From positions 56,422,001-56,486,000 of the forward strand of contig CM052817.1 of the NCBI GenBank assembly GCA_028534125.1: a stretch of DNA of 64,000 bases, in the 5' to 3' direction. The translations under genes and the position numbers were made by a program. The notes below the pieces were generated by a model, which saw nothing but the letters and a program-made list of their open reading frames with translations, was not told the DNA's origin and made no database searches. This DNA comes from Lama glama. Lineage: Eukaryota. Within the stretch, counting starts at the first letter, position 1; each line of letters starts with the position of its first letter. Shown in pieces: positions 13,163 to 25,213 of the stretch.

Positions 13163-13712
13163 TTTTTCTTTTCCCCCCAACACAGGGCATTTATTGTACC
13201 TTTAAAACATTACAAATAGGAATCATCCAGCATCTTACTGTTTTTGTAGCTGGACAACTTAGGTCTGAATCATCAGCATGCTAACTGTTCCATTTTCAGA
13301 AACATAAATACCATCCCAAATGTTTCTGCTATCTGTGTTTTTAACTGTTGGGGCTTGCTAAATCAAAGCCGCTGAATTTGATACAAGGTCAATGTCATTT
13401 CCTTCAGGAATTAACTCATTTTTTCTGGCACTTGAGATACTCAACAAGCCACACTTGGCCTCATTTGAACCTTGCAGATGTATTTTTCACCCAAGAAATT
13501 TCACATTTCAACAAGAGCTCCATTCTTCTGAATAATGACGCTGATGGGGAAGTGAGTACACACAATCTCATCTTGAAATGGGAGCCCAACATAACGCCCC
13601 TGACCATCTTCTGTGCATGGCTACAAGGCAGTGCAAAAAGGTGGCCCGTTCCTTTCTATTTCTCCACGATTTGGTAACTCAGAGCCTCTTTTTTTTTCTT
13701 TCCAAGGAAACT
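13163..13712 (-). pseudogene. RPL9: Processed pseudogene of 60S ribosomal protein L9 (uL6), 5'-truncated, with 3'UTR, AATAAA and A-rich tail
   Basis: Minus strand reads LGKKKKRL..., HFPISVIIQKNGALVE, NFLGEKYI, NELI.EGNDIDLVSNSAALI.QA.TVKN.D.R...DGIYVSE.GTV. AATAAA at 13190-13195 (minus) and tail at 13163-13178; multiple stops. Confidence 0.95.
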
Positions 13713-13769
13713 TTTTTGTATTTTATCCAAAGATTTATTTGTAAGCAAAAGACGCTGCAGTGACTTCAT

Positions 13770-13792
13770 GCAGCCATGGCATATCTGTAACT
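13770..13792 (-). pseudogene. RXRG: Short upstream remnant of the RXRG retrocopy (VT.ICHAA codons)
   Basis: Minus gttacagatatgccatggctgc resembles the RXRG VTNICHAA codons that immediately precede the ADK codons at 13162. Confidence 0.55.
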
Positions 13793-14049
13793 CTATATAA
13801 ACTATATAAGAGTGATTGCAGTGATGAAAGTGTGGGTTTCAGATATGGAAAAAGGCCTGGGCTATTCAATACAAAAAAACCTTATGGAATATAAAAGAAA
13901 CTGATGGCCCTAACTCAGCATACATTAAAAAAAATAATTCCTCATTGCTCATTGATTTAAATTTAAATACTATAAACAATAAGAGTTTTAAATATATGCT
14001 ATCTTTATAGTTAGAGGATAAAATATTTTAAAAATAAGATAGAATATGT

Positions 14050-15485
14050 ACAAAATGTAAATAAGAAAAAAAATCAAGAAATCAGACTACATTACAACTA
14101 GCAGCTGTTTATCAAAAATAGCAGTAAGTGGGATAACATATAAAATATAAGTACATGACAAATGATTCATTTCCAGAATATGATTACATCTATTTATCTA
14201 TCTACCTACCTATCTTCTATACCACACAGACAGACAGACAGACACACACACACACATATAAAATTACAATAAAGATACAGACTACTCACTAGGAAAATTA
14301 GAAAAAGGCTTGAATGGGCATATTATAAAACAGAATGTCCAAATGGCTGATAAGCATTAAAAATGTACTTAGCTTCATTAGTTTTCAAGGAAATATAAAC
14401 CAAACAACACACAAACTCACACAATATGATACAACTTCTCATCTAAAAGAATGGTTGATATGTTAGTTAACTATGGCCATAATAAAGCTATGTAAGAAAT
14501 AAGTACATAATGTCAGCAGTATTCAATAGTGAGCATTTATTTAGCTTACCAGGTGCCAGGTCAGCTAAAGGTCAGCTAGTCTAGGGTAGGTTCCATTAGA
14601 TGGATAGCTTTGCTCTGCTCCACCTGTCTTTCATACTTCTCCTGGGATCACATGGCTAATTTAGACATACACTTCTTGTGGACACTACTGAAACATAAGA
14701 AAGCAAGCCCAACCAAGCAAGCATTTCTCATTACTCTACTTACATTGTGAAGCTAACATTTCATTCATATGGACAGGACTAGAATCTAATGCCAGGGAAT
14801 TACATTCTACTCTGAAGGGTAGGAAGTATTTTTTATTAATAATCTCATCTATTGCAGTGATGGCAGTATCAAGTGTTGATGAGTATGCAAATTATCTGGA
14901 ACTCTCATAATGATGGTGGAAGTGGAAATTGATGTAGTCACTTCGGATACTTAATAGTATTATCTGAAAAAGCTGGACCAAGTTACAGTTTTGACCCAGC
15001 AATTCTATTATAGTCATATACCCAAAAAGTGCCCCCAAATATGTGTGTATGTATATGTTAACACTAACATACATAATAGCTAAAGTGTAATAAGTAAATT
15101 GATGTATATTCACATTATGGAATACTATCAAACCAGAATATATGAACCATTGCTTCTTTAGACAACATAAATGAATGTCACAGAATAATATTGAATAAAA
15201 GAAGCAAAATTATATGAAATGATTCTATTTATAGAATTCAAAAACAGGCAAAAGTAACAATGTGTTAGACGACAGGATAGTGGTTATCTTTCAGAGAAAC
15301 TATTACTTAAAGGGGGAATGAAGAGCTTCTTGGGTGCAAAGACAGTTCTGTTTGTCCATCTGGGGATTGTTATTTTCTTGTTTTTGTATTTGTTTTGCTT
15401 TATTGTGTATGTGTGAAAATTCATCAAACTGCTCACTTATTTGTTGTTTCATATATGAATGTTACACTTCAAAAAATATTAAAAT
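14050..15485 (+). mobile_element. Old L1 (L1ME-like) 3' end, split by an MaLR LTR
   Basis: tccaaatggctgataagcat; tgacccagcaattctatta; tatattcacattatggaatact; tcaaaaacaggcaaaa; aaaattcatcaaactg. Confidence 0.75.
14461..14856 (-). mobile_element. Old MaLR LTR (MLT1J/K-like) inserted in L1
   Basis: Starts tgttagttaactatggccataataaagct, agcatttatttagct; aagcaagcccaacca; L1 sequence resumes colinearly on both sides. Confidence 0.6.
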
Positions 15486-16052
15486 GAAAATTAAGAGAAT
15501 AATGCACACAAATTCAGGGACAATAATTAAAATAAAAGGAGGCTTTGAATGGTAGTCTGGAGAAGAACAGAAGATGATGAAGTGCTATTGGCAAAGTTCC
15601 AATTAAATTGGTTTGTGGGTTGAAGGATGTTCATTTTATTGCTTGTTTTTACCATGTAGATATGTGTGTCAACATCTGTACAACTATTAGAAAATAATTA
15701 ATAATCATAAGCTTGCAAAATGATATAATAAAAAGAGAAAGAACCTCATGATTGACAGTGCAGATTCTCAAATGATTTATGAAATAAATGACTAAACATG
15801 ATTAATTTATGTCAATATGTCATATATACTTGCATGATAATAAATCATATATTAGTAATTGTATATTTCAATAAACACACTAGTATTACACTAGTTATTT
15901 TACCACTTTCTGTTTGCTGTTTCACACTAAATTCTAAACATCCATTTAAGTTTTTTGTGATTGTTGTCACTAATAGTCATATGAGCGGGTCATATTTCAT
16001 TAACCAATCCTCTAGAGCACAAACAATGATGCAATAAACTGAAAGCCTTCTA

Positions 16053-16206
16053 TGGTTGACCCTTGAACAACACAGGTCTGAAATGCACGGGTCCACTTGT
16101 ATGCAGATTTTTTTTCACTCGTATGTACTATAGTACTACTAGATCCACGGTTGGTTGGTGTAGAAGGTTGGTGCCCCTAACTTCAGTATTGTTCAAGGGT
16201 CAACAG
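16053..16206 (+). mobile_element. Tc1/mariner MITE, Tigger2-derived (MER8/Tigger2a-like)
   Basis: TIRs gttgacccttgaacaa ... ttgttcaagggtcaac flanked by TA on both sides (16051-52, 16207-08). Confidence 0.9.
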
Positions 16207-16307
16207 TATATAGATGCCTATATTGTCCCATTCATGCAAATATGTTTGTGATATCAATTTTCAAGGATGAGAGTGTGGCAAAGAACTCTCAAGAATATTT
16301 CTGTCTA

Positions 16308-16474
16308 GGGTGAGGGTATAGTTCAAGTGGTAGAGCACTTGCTTATCATGCATGAGGTCCTGGGTTCAATCCCCAGAACCTCAAATAAATAAACCTAGTT
16401 ACCTCCCTCCACCAAAATAAAATAATTAAATAATACAATAATAAATAAAACATAAAGTTTTTTTAAATTAAAAA
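16308..16474 (+). mobile_element. tRNA-Ala-derived camelid SINE (Vic-1-like)
   Basis: gggtgagggtatagttcaagtggtagagcac (A box)...gggttcaatcccc (B box), aataaacctagttacctccc, A-rich tail; 17-bp TSD aagaatat(t/g)tctgtcta at 16291-16307 and 16475-16491. Confidence 0.9.
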
Positions 16475-16499
16475 AAGAATATGTCTGTCTATTAATAAA

Positions 16500-17215
16500 T
16501 GATTCAATATGGTGTAGCAATTGAGTTCATGTTCCATCAATAGCATATAAAGAGAATTTTTTCTCCATACCAACAATTTTATCTTTGCCCATCTTTGCCT
16601 ATTCATATAAGCTAGATAATTAAGATTGTTATTGGCATGGAGAAAAAAGCTCTTTCATATGACTGTTGATGGGATGTGAACATATATATTGGTAGAGATA
16701 AATATAGATAGGTAGGTAAGTAGATAGACACAGGTATTTTTTAAAGTCTATTTTAAACATCTTTATTAGTGAGGTTAATCATTTGTCATATAGTTCATTT
16801 TTTTGCTCTCATTTATTTGAGATGTTCCTTTTCCTGATTGATTTATTAGTGTTTCTTTTATAATGAAAAGAATGTGCACATTATATCTTTTGTTCATAGC
16901 ACTAGATTTTGAATTTATCTTCCAGAAGTTTTGTTATGATTTTATTTCAACATAAGTCTCTGTTGGAATTTGTGCCAGTTTTCCCCAATGAATATTCACT
17001 CATAATTTATTTAGTATCTGTATTTTTGTTTAAAATTTTGAGTCAGCCAGAATTATTTTTGATGTAGGGACAGAGAAATCCAGCTTCATTTTATTTTCCA
17101 AATGGCTAACCAGATAACTGTTGCATTGAATAAGAAATTAATTTAATTTCCACTAATTTGAAAGGTTTATCATATATTAAATTTAGGTATTTTATATACA
17201 AAATCTGCATCTTAG
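16500..17215 (-). mobile_element. Ancient L1 fragment
   Basis: Decayed antisense ORF2 motifs (tagtgaggttaatcatttgtcatat; ttccaaatggctaaccag). Confidence 0.5.
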
Positions 17216-18829
17216 CATAGTTAAAATATATAGTGATTATGCAATTCTTTTTTACTTTATAGCAAAATTTAAGCCATTTCAGGTAAAAGTTGAGCCTACT
17301 TGGAAAGTATATAGTTGTAGATCATTGTATTCAACATGCTCTTCCATTTCTTTACCCTAAATCTCTCTGCACTTTGAAAGTCTTCACTTGTGTATAAATA
17401 GTTTTGGTGACAACATGCAAATATCTAATGTTGGAAATGAAATGACAGATTTATATTAAATTTTGTAGATGTGTAGAAAACATCATTTTTTTCAGCCTTA
17501 TTTTTGGGTTTACTTCTTATATGTAATATATCTATGGAGAAAATGAAGCTCTTCAGTAACATAAATATAGGATCTTTATTCTTACATATTCTTTTTCATC
17601 TGATACCTGTAAACAGTCTTGAATTAATTTCAGGGAATGTTTATAGCAAATCTAGCCAAAATACATATTCACCAATGTAAAAACCAGCTTGAAATCTTGT
17701 TTTCTTGCTATGTAAAAATTATTATTTTCTTCTCCTTTTCATGATAGTCAGTTTAGAACAAACTTGTATATTAGGAATCAGGGAAAGTAATGAAGATTAT
17801 ATAGTATGTATTGGTAAATGGGCTGAAAATGTTTTTTGATTGACCCTTTCTTTATAAATATGATTTGGGATTTCAAGAAGGGCATTTTAGAAATGCCACT
17901 CAGTATATTCAGCAAATGTTACCTTCTATCACAGAGGATAAGCTCTGAATGTGATCTGAGTTAAAAGTAACCATGAGAGAATAGCTTGTAAATGACACTT
18001 TAGCTTTTCAGTCTTGATTGAGTTCAATACTGAATTTGAGAACAATATAGCTGCGTTTGTAAGCAAACTTTACTTCTTGTTTTGTATTATTATTAAGTGT
18101 TTTCCCTTAACGTTCAGGAAATTATTGCTTCTTCCACTAAAGTCTGTATTTCCCTTTTGTACTGAAATAGATTTTAAAACTTTGGATAGGTAGTCTTGAA
18201 ATCATAACTGTTCTTGTGATCATTCCTTGTATTTCCACAGAATTAATTTTGCCGTGAAACTTTTTTAGGAATCCTTTAGCAAGAGGTTCTCCCATCTTTT
18301 CTGGACCTTTGTGCTCTTAATACTGTTGCTCACTGCCCTTACCATCAAAGATACAGAGATAGGAAAATCCATTAAACCTTTATTTTGCATTTGTTCCTTT
18401 GCTCCATTATTCAGTCTTTGTAATGACAAAGGATCATATCTACAAAATCTATGCAATAACAAAGTTTTCAAATGACAATTCATATAAAAATATTCAGTGA
18501 ATAAACAAAACAAATTATTCTAAGCCATATTCTTTAGACCCAGCATGAAATCAGATTCATCTCCACAGATCATCCTCATTTATGATTTTCTTGTTCACAT
18601 TGTGCTATCACAGCACTCAGTTAGAGAAAACAAATTATGATTATTATTTTTAAATTCCACTAAGAATTAGGATAACTCAGAAATTTTTGATTACTCTAAT
18701 CTAACTTCTAGTAATGAATCAATAACATGGGCCATCCTTACATAATTAAATTAAGATCAACATCTTGAGAGTCACATGATGCAAGGTGCTGTACAAAAAA
18801 ATGGCTTGGTAGTGGCCTAGGGATACCAC

Positions 18830-19295
18830 TCAAGGGACATAATCTGGTAGCTTACAGTGGATGTCTCAGAAAAATCTTTAAGCCTCTTACTCAAATGATC
18901 GACCACCATAATCCTACTTTTAATAATTAGTGGCTGATGGTTAAGGGTTGCTTTCAGCCCCTCAAGGCTGCTTTATCTTCCCTGCACATGGGCCCTTACA
19001 TCTTTAAAACCAGGAAAGATCTGTGGAATCTTTTTGCTTTGAATACCTTTTACCTCCCATTCTGCTACTAGCTAGAGAAGTATCTCTGCTTTTAAAGGGT
19101 TTGTATAATCAGATTAGACCCACCAGGATAATTTCCACTTTGATTAACTCAGTGTCAACTGATTAGAGACCTTAATTACATCTACAAAATTCATTTTACT
19201 CTGTAACAATATAATCATGGGCAAAATGTCTCTAAACCTAAGGTCATGGGAATTGAGAAAAATGTTGAGGGACAATTTTAGAATATGCCTGTCAT
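18830..19295 (-). mobile_element. MaLR LTR (MLT1E/F-like)
   Basis: tctctgcttttaaagggtttgt; gattagacccaccaggataat; agagaccttaattacatctacaaaa; attttagaatatgcct. Confidence 0.75.
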
Positions 19296-19299
19296 AGGA

Positions 19300-20225
19300 G
19301 TCAATCTTCCATTCCCTACTTGGGACAAAGAGGCAATGCTCTAATTCTACTGCTAGGGTACATTCATGAAAGGTCCAGCAGAGATCTGAGCTACCAACCA
19401 CACTCAGCAGCAGGAATACTTAATAAGGCCGTAGAAGGTGGTTTAGTTAGCTCTTCACTTACCCTGTCCTGGTACCATCAGGACCTAATGAGGAGCTGAG
19501 CCTTCACTCCCATCCAGCAGCAACAAGACTGAATGAAACTGTGTGAGGGAAGGCTACTCAGCTCTCCGGTCTCCCCTACCCAACCTTGGTGTCAACAGGG
19601 AACTAAACCTTCACCCTTGTCTAACTCCATTGTACCCACAACAGGGTAACTGCCTGCTAAAAAAGATAATATGGAACCCAGAGTCTCACAATATAATACC
19701 CCAAATATTCACGTGCAATAAAAAAAATCACTTTTACAAATAATCAGGACAATCACAACTTGTAATAAGGTACGATTAAGAGACATCAACATTGAGATTA
19801 CTGAGACATTGTAGTTACCTGACAAGGATTTTAAAATCATGATCATAAAAAATTCATCAATGAGCAATTACAAGCACTCTAGAAACAAGTGAAAAAACAG
19901 AACATCTTGGCAAAAGAATTAAGGATATAAAAAGAAACAAAAAGAAATCACAGATCTGAAAAATATAGTAACCAAAGTGGGGATGAGGGGGTGGGGCTGG
20001 AAATACCTCAATGGATGGGCTCAATAGCAGAATGAAATGACAGAGGGAAAAAATCAGTGAACTCAAAGATATATAAATAGACATTACCCTATCTGAATAA
20101 TTTGAAAGACAGAGAGAATATAGACTTAAAGAATAGAGCCCCAAGGACCTGAAGACCAATACAGGACTATCTATCTAGCATTCATATCATCGGAATCCTA
20201 GAGAGGAGAAAGAATGCGAAGCTCA
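19300..20225 (+). mobile_element. Old L1 (L1MC/MD-like) 5' region with start of ORF1
   Basis: cccagagtctcacaatataatacc; ctgacaaggattttaaa; atggatgggctcaatagcagaatg; aatcagtgaactcaaagata. Confidence 0.75.
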
Positions 20226-20730
20226 TACAAGAACCTGGGTGGATCTCAAGGCATTTTGCTGAGTGTTAAAGAGCCAATCTCAAAAGGCTAGATATTATAT
20301 CATTTCATTTATTTAATATTTCTGAATAGCAAAATTTTAGAAAGAGACAATAGATTGGTGGTTTCCAGAGGCTAGGTATGGAGGTGAGAGAAAGTTTGGG
20401 CATGGCTATGAAGGGTTAGCCTGATGGACCCTATGGTGGTGCAACAGTTCTGTATCTTAAGTGCGGTGGTAGTCATACAAATCTGTAGATGTGATAAAAA
20501 AGGCATAGCACTACATATCACACATAAAAACACACACATACAAATGAATTTTGTGAACGTATACCAATGTGAATCTCCTGGTTTTGATGCTGTACTATGA
20601 TTATTGATGATGTAGTGGGAAAACCTGGGTGAAGCATGCATAGAATCTCACTGTACTTTTTTGTCATTGTTCGGTTTTTGTTTGTTGTTTTTTGCAACTG
20701 TGAATCTCACCTCAAAATAAAAAGAAAATT
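20226..20730 (+). mobile_element. Old L1 (L1MC/MD-like) 3'UTR
   Basis: gggtggatctcaaggcattttgctgagtg...gccaatctcaaaagg; agattggtggtttccagagg; ends ctcaaaataaaaag. Confidence 0.8.
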
Positions 20731-23007
20731 GTTGAACAACTATTCTTTCATATAATTTGGTCTATTTTCTGTATCTCAGTTTACCTGTCCTTTAAAATAT
20801 TTTCATTTGGTTAAAATTATTTATCAAGAATTTGTCCTAATAAACATCCTGAAAACCTGTGTTGGCTCTTCTCCTTAGACAGCTAATAATAAAATATCCT
20901 ACTTTTGTCATTTTCATGACTAATGAAATGACTAAATTTTTGTGTTTTCTTTTCCAGCTACTTACTGAATAGATTCATACTAACTAGATAAAAATGATGC
21001 CAAGAAAATACATTTCAGATACATGGGTCTATCTGTATAACTGGGTATGTGGACCCTAGATCTCTAGAGAATCAAAATGGTCCATTGCAATTGTCCTAAA
21101 TTTGAGCAGATCATTGGGATTTCTAAAATTGACTCTTTATCCTATTGTTTCTTTTTACCTATAAAAAAGTGATGCTTTCCTACCTTGTAAAAATTTTGTA
21201 AGGAGTAACTACTAAACTTGTCTTACAGAGTTTTAGAAGTCTGTGTGTAGTTTTCATTGCATGCTATAACAAATACAGAAGGGAGGAGTAAATACTGATA
21301 TTGTAGAATATCTGAGGATCCTAATGCCAAAGGCAATTAAAAAAGAAATGTCCTTAAAGAGAAAAGTAATTATGATAATTTAAAAGAGATGTTCAACCCA
21401 GTAATATAGAATATAGATTTAAGTTAAAAATCTATAGTCTCCAGATTTAAAAAAATGACATTTATAGACATGTTTAAGCAACATTATAATCTCATTATAA
21501 AAATATCAGTAAACATGGTCAACACCTAAATTTAAAGTAAGGACTTAAAAAAGTAAAATTGTGTTCAGAAGGAAAATGTTTAACATTTTGTATTTTATGC
21601 CAACAAAAAGTAAACCTAAGGTAATTTAGTAGATATTTCTTCTCAAGTTACTATCTCAAGCAAACAGCACCAACACATTACAAATAGAAGTACATATACT
21701 CAGGAATGTTAAAATCCTTTGAGAGGTTTGAAAATTCACCCAGTAAATCACCAAAGAAAAGTCAAAGGTTTTATAATGCCTTCTGTTGTGTGTATTTGAT
21801 GACTGTGTTTCAGCTTGTTTGGGGTGAACAAAGTGGTGCCCTCAAGTTGTATTAATGAGGAGAAAATTGCAACATAGAAAAGATCAAGGCTTCAATTAAA
21901 GTTGACCTGAACAAAGGCAGGAGAACAGTATAGTAGCATGAAAATTTCCTTATATAGCTCTTAACGAAATATTCAGTTAGAAAGACTTAAAAAATGCAAA
22001 TTAACCATAAATTACTGCAGTGAAGAATTATGTAATTAATTTTTTTTTCATTTTCTGGTCAAATTATATACATAAAAGAATAACTTTTTAATTTTAATCA
22101 TAAGAATATCACTGCATTTAGATTTGCAGGATATTTCATTTTTATTTTTTCATAGTTACATTGAGTCATAATTACCAGTAACCCATTAATTAAATATCAA
22201 AAATATTATTTTTAAACATTGTATTTTACTTATACTATATTTTGACATCTAAAATCTACCTTTCCAGATTACAGATTCTCAGTTCTGATAGACTAAATTA
22301 AATCTTACACTTTAGTGAGTTTATAAAATCACCTGAACAAATGTTCTAAAAAAGCACAGAAAGAAAACACCTGAGAGAGAAGGCTATAAGGAAAAAACCG
22401 GGGAAAAAAATCATAAACTGTCAGCATCTAGAAAAAATTTTCAGTGTTTTTGACAAGCAGGTCAATGGTGAACACTCACCTTTTGCCTTTTGGACTTAAA
22501 AATATATACAAGTCAGCAAGTTGGCAGTTCTTAGTGACTATGTAATTCTATGAGGAACTAAGAGAAATGCAGTTTCTTGTCTGTTACATTGTGCTTTATT
22601 TACCATTTCAGAAAATCTTGGGACATTTGAGCCTGACCTTCATACTCTCATTTTTATAGGACCGAAAAAATAAAGAAAATAATCTTGTTTGATTCTTAAA
22701 ATAATTAATAATTTTACAGTAATTTAGCAGAGATAAGAGACTCTCAGAAATGTAGCTTATTTTATTTAGATATACCTTTGTTTTTCGCCACATAAAAATG
22801 TCTACTATCTTGTAACTTACTAGCAATTTTAACAAAATATTTAACATAGCAAGCAGAATAGTCCCCAAAATTGCCAGCTGAAATTTTTGTAATAAAAATA
22901 AACTAGAAAATCCATACTCTAACTATGCTGAAATCTCTATATATCTTTATTGTCTAAGATAAAAATCTTAGAGGAAAGGCAGAGTAAGCTGAGATGGAAA
23001 GTTCCAT

Positions 23008-23312
23008 AGATACGCTGTATAATATGGCAGCCATTAGTTATTGAAAAATTGAAACATCACTAGTCTAAAATGAGTTCTGCTTAAGTGGAACTACATACTA
23101 AATTTTGAAGACAGTATGAAAAGAAGACTGTATAAATCTGATAAACTATTTTATAGTAATTAAATGTTAAAATTATAATATTTAATGTATTGAGTTAAAT
23201 GATATATATTATTACAATTAATTTCACTTTTTATCAAGAAACTAGAAAATTTTAAACTACCTATATAGCTTTTATTTGGGCTCAAATTATGTTTCTATTA
23301 GGCTGAGTTGTT
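23008..23312. mobile_element. hAT-Charlie MITE (MER33-like)
   Basis: cgctgtataatatggcagccattag; ttttgaagacagtatgaaa; attaatttcac; ctagaaaattttaaa; ttatgtttctattagg. Confidence 0.75.
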
Positions 23313-23409
23313 CTGTAGAATACTTATAGTTCTTTCATAGTTCTTTTATTTACCAATTCCTTTGCTATTCTAAAAATCCGTATCAATTCAGCAATGAGTG
23401 GTCTTAACT

Positions 23410-23740
23410 TTTTATTCATCTGTGTTTCCCACTATGAACTCCCAAGGATGAAACACTCTGTCTTATTTGCATTTCCAAGAGGTGAGATTGCACTTGCATA
23501 TAATAGATGTGAAATAAACACATGTTGAATGAATGTCCCCAAATCTCATTCCATTTTTTATTAGGAATGTTATATATTTACTTCCTTATTTAATTATTTC
23601 TGCCTCCCCTCACTAGAAAGTAAGTTCTCTAAAGGCAAAGATTTGGTTTACTTTGATAATTGCTACTATATGTCTCTATAAGTCTAGAATAGTGCCTGAC
23701 ACAAAATGATGCTCAAAAGTGTCTATTGAATGAATGAAAG
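23410..23740 (+). mobile_element. Two L2 3'-end fragments
   Basis: End in tgttgaatgaatg and tctagaatagtgcctgacacaaaatgatgctcaaaa...tgaatgaatgaa. Confidence 0.7.
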
Positions 23741-24431
23741 TAGATCCCTTGAGAAGGACCAGAGAGAGTGAAGAGTTAGTTCCAGCTGACAAGGCGAACA
23801 TATTTCTTTTTTCCTTCCTTCCTATAATGAGATTTCAATTCCTGAATTATCCTACTTAAGAAGATTGACCTCTAACTTCTCCTTCTTGACAGCAGCTCCC
23901 CCTGCTCCCCCCATCTTTCTTTTCCAATTGTCTACTCTCTAACAGAATATCCTATCCCATGTTTGTCTGTTTTAAGGAGCAGGATATAAATGTCAGTTAA
24001 GGCAAAGCACTTTTACAGATTACCAATTTGTTATTCTCATGTGAATAGAGTTGTCTCAACTTTGCTCTACCTTGGCTCCACTTCAGGTCAGCTTTTATTT
24101 CTTGAACAAAAAGAACTTCTTTTAAGAGAGATTCATAATTATCAAACAAGATATTCGTGAAAGAATTTTTGAAGTTCTTGACAAAATGTCATACTTAGGA
24201 TGATTGGGAGGAAAGCGAGAGTCCTAAATATTGTATTTATCACCAATAAGTGCAACTAGACCAAATTAAACAATATATATTCATTTCTGAGACATAAGTT
24301 AATCAATTTAATTATGCATTTCTGATATTATAAGTCTCACATGAACGGGTAAAGAGGTTTTATTAATTTTCACCATACTGTAGACTCTCTGGATCAGAGA
24401 CCAAAATCATTTTAAAAAAGAAAGCAGGGTA

Positions 24432-25213
24432 AAAGCAATCTACAGACTTAGTGCAATCCCTACCAAATTACCCATGACATTTTTCACAGAACGAGAACAA
24501 ACAATCCTAAAATTTATATGGAATAATAAAGACCCAGAATTGCCAAAACAATTCTGAGCAAAAAGAACAAAGCTGGAGGCATAACTCTCCCAGACTTCAG
24601 ACAAAACTACAAAGATACAGTAATCAAAACAGCATGGTATTGGCACAAAAACAGACATATGGATCAATGAAACAGAACAGAGACCCTCAAAATAAACCCA
24701 CACACCTATGTCAATTAATTTTGACAAAGGGGTTAAGAATATACAATGGAAAAAAGATAGTCTCTTAAACAAGTGGTGCTGGGAAAGCTGGACAGCCACA
24801 TGTAAATCAATGATGCTACAACACACCCTCACATCATACACAAAAGTAAACTCAAAATAGCATAAAGACTTAAATATAAGACGTGACACCATAAAATTCC
24901 TAGAAGAGAACATAGGCAAAATATTCTCTGACACAAATCGTCCCAGTGTTTTCTAGGTCAGTCTCTCAAGATAATAGAAATAAAATGGGACCTAATCAAA
25001 CTTATAAGCTTTTGTACAGCAAAGGAAACCATAAACAAAACAAAAAGACAACCTATGAAATGGGAGAAAATATTTGCAAACAATGCGTTGAACAAGGGCT
25101 TAATTTCCAAAATATACAAACAGTTTATACAACTCAGTAACACAAAAACAATCCAATCAAAAAAAAAATGGGCAATAGACCTAAATAGACATTACTCCCA
25201 GGAAGACATACAG
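24432..25213 (+). mobile_element. Younger cetartiodactyl L1 ORF2 fragment (5'- and 3'-truncated)
   Basis: Low-divergence ORF2 (aaagcaatctacaga...aagaacaaagctggaggcataac...aagtggtgctgggaaagctggacagc); the antisense ORF 24440-24934 is L1-derived. Confidence 0.93.

Noticed and set aside
16308..16385. tRNA-Ala gene
   Set aside because: Degenerate stems, SINE body, A-tail and TSD show it is a SINE head
24440..24934. 164-aa hydrophobic ORF
   Set aside because: Antisense reading of L1 ORF2
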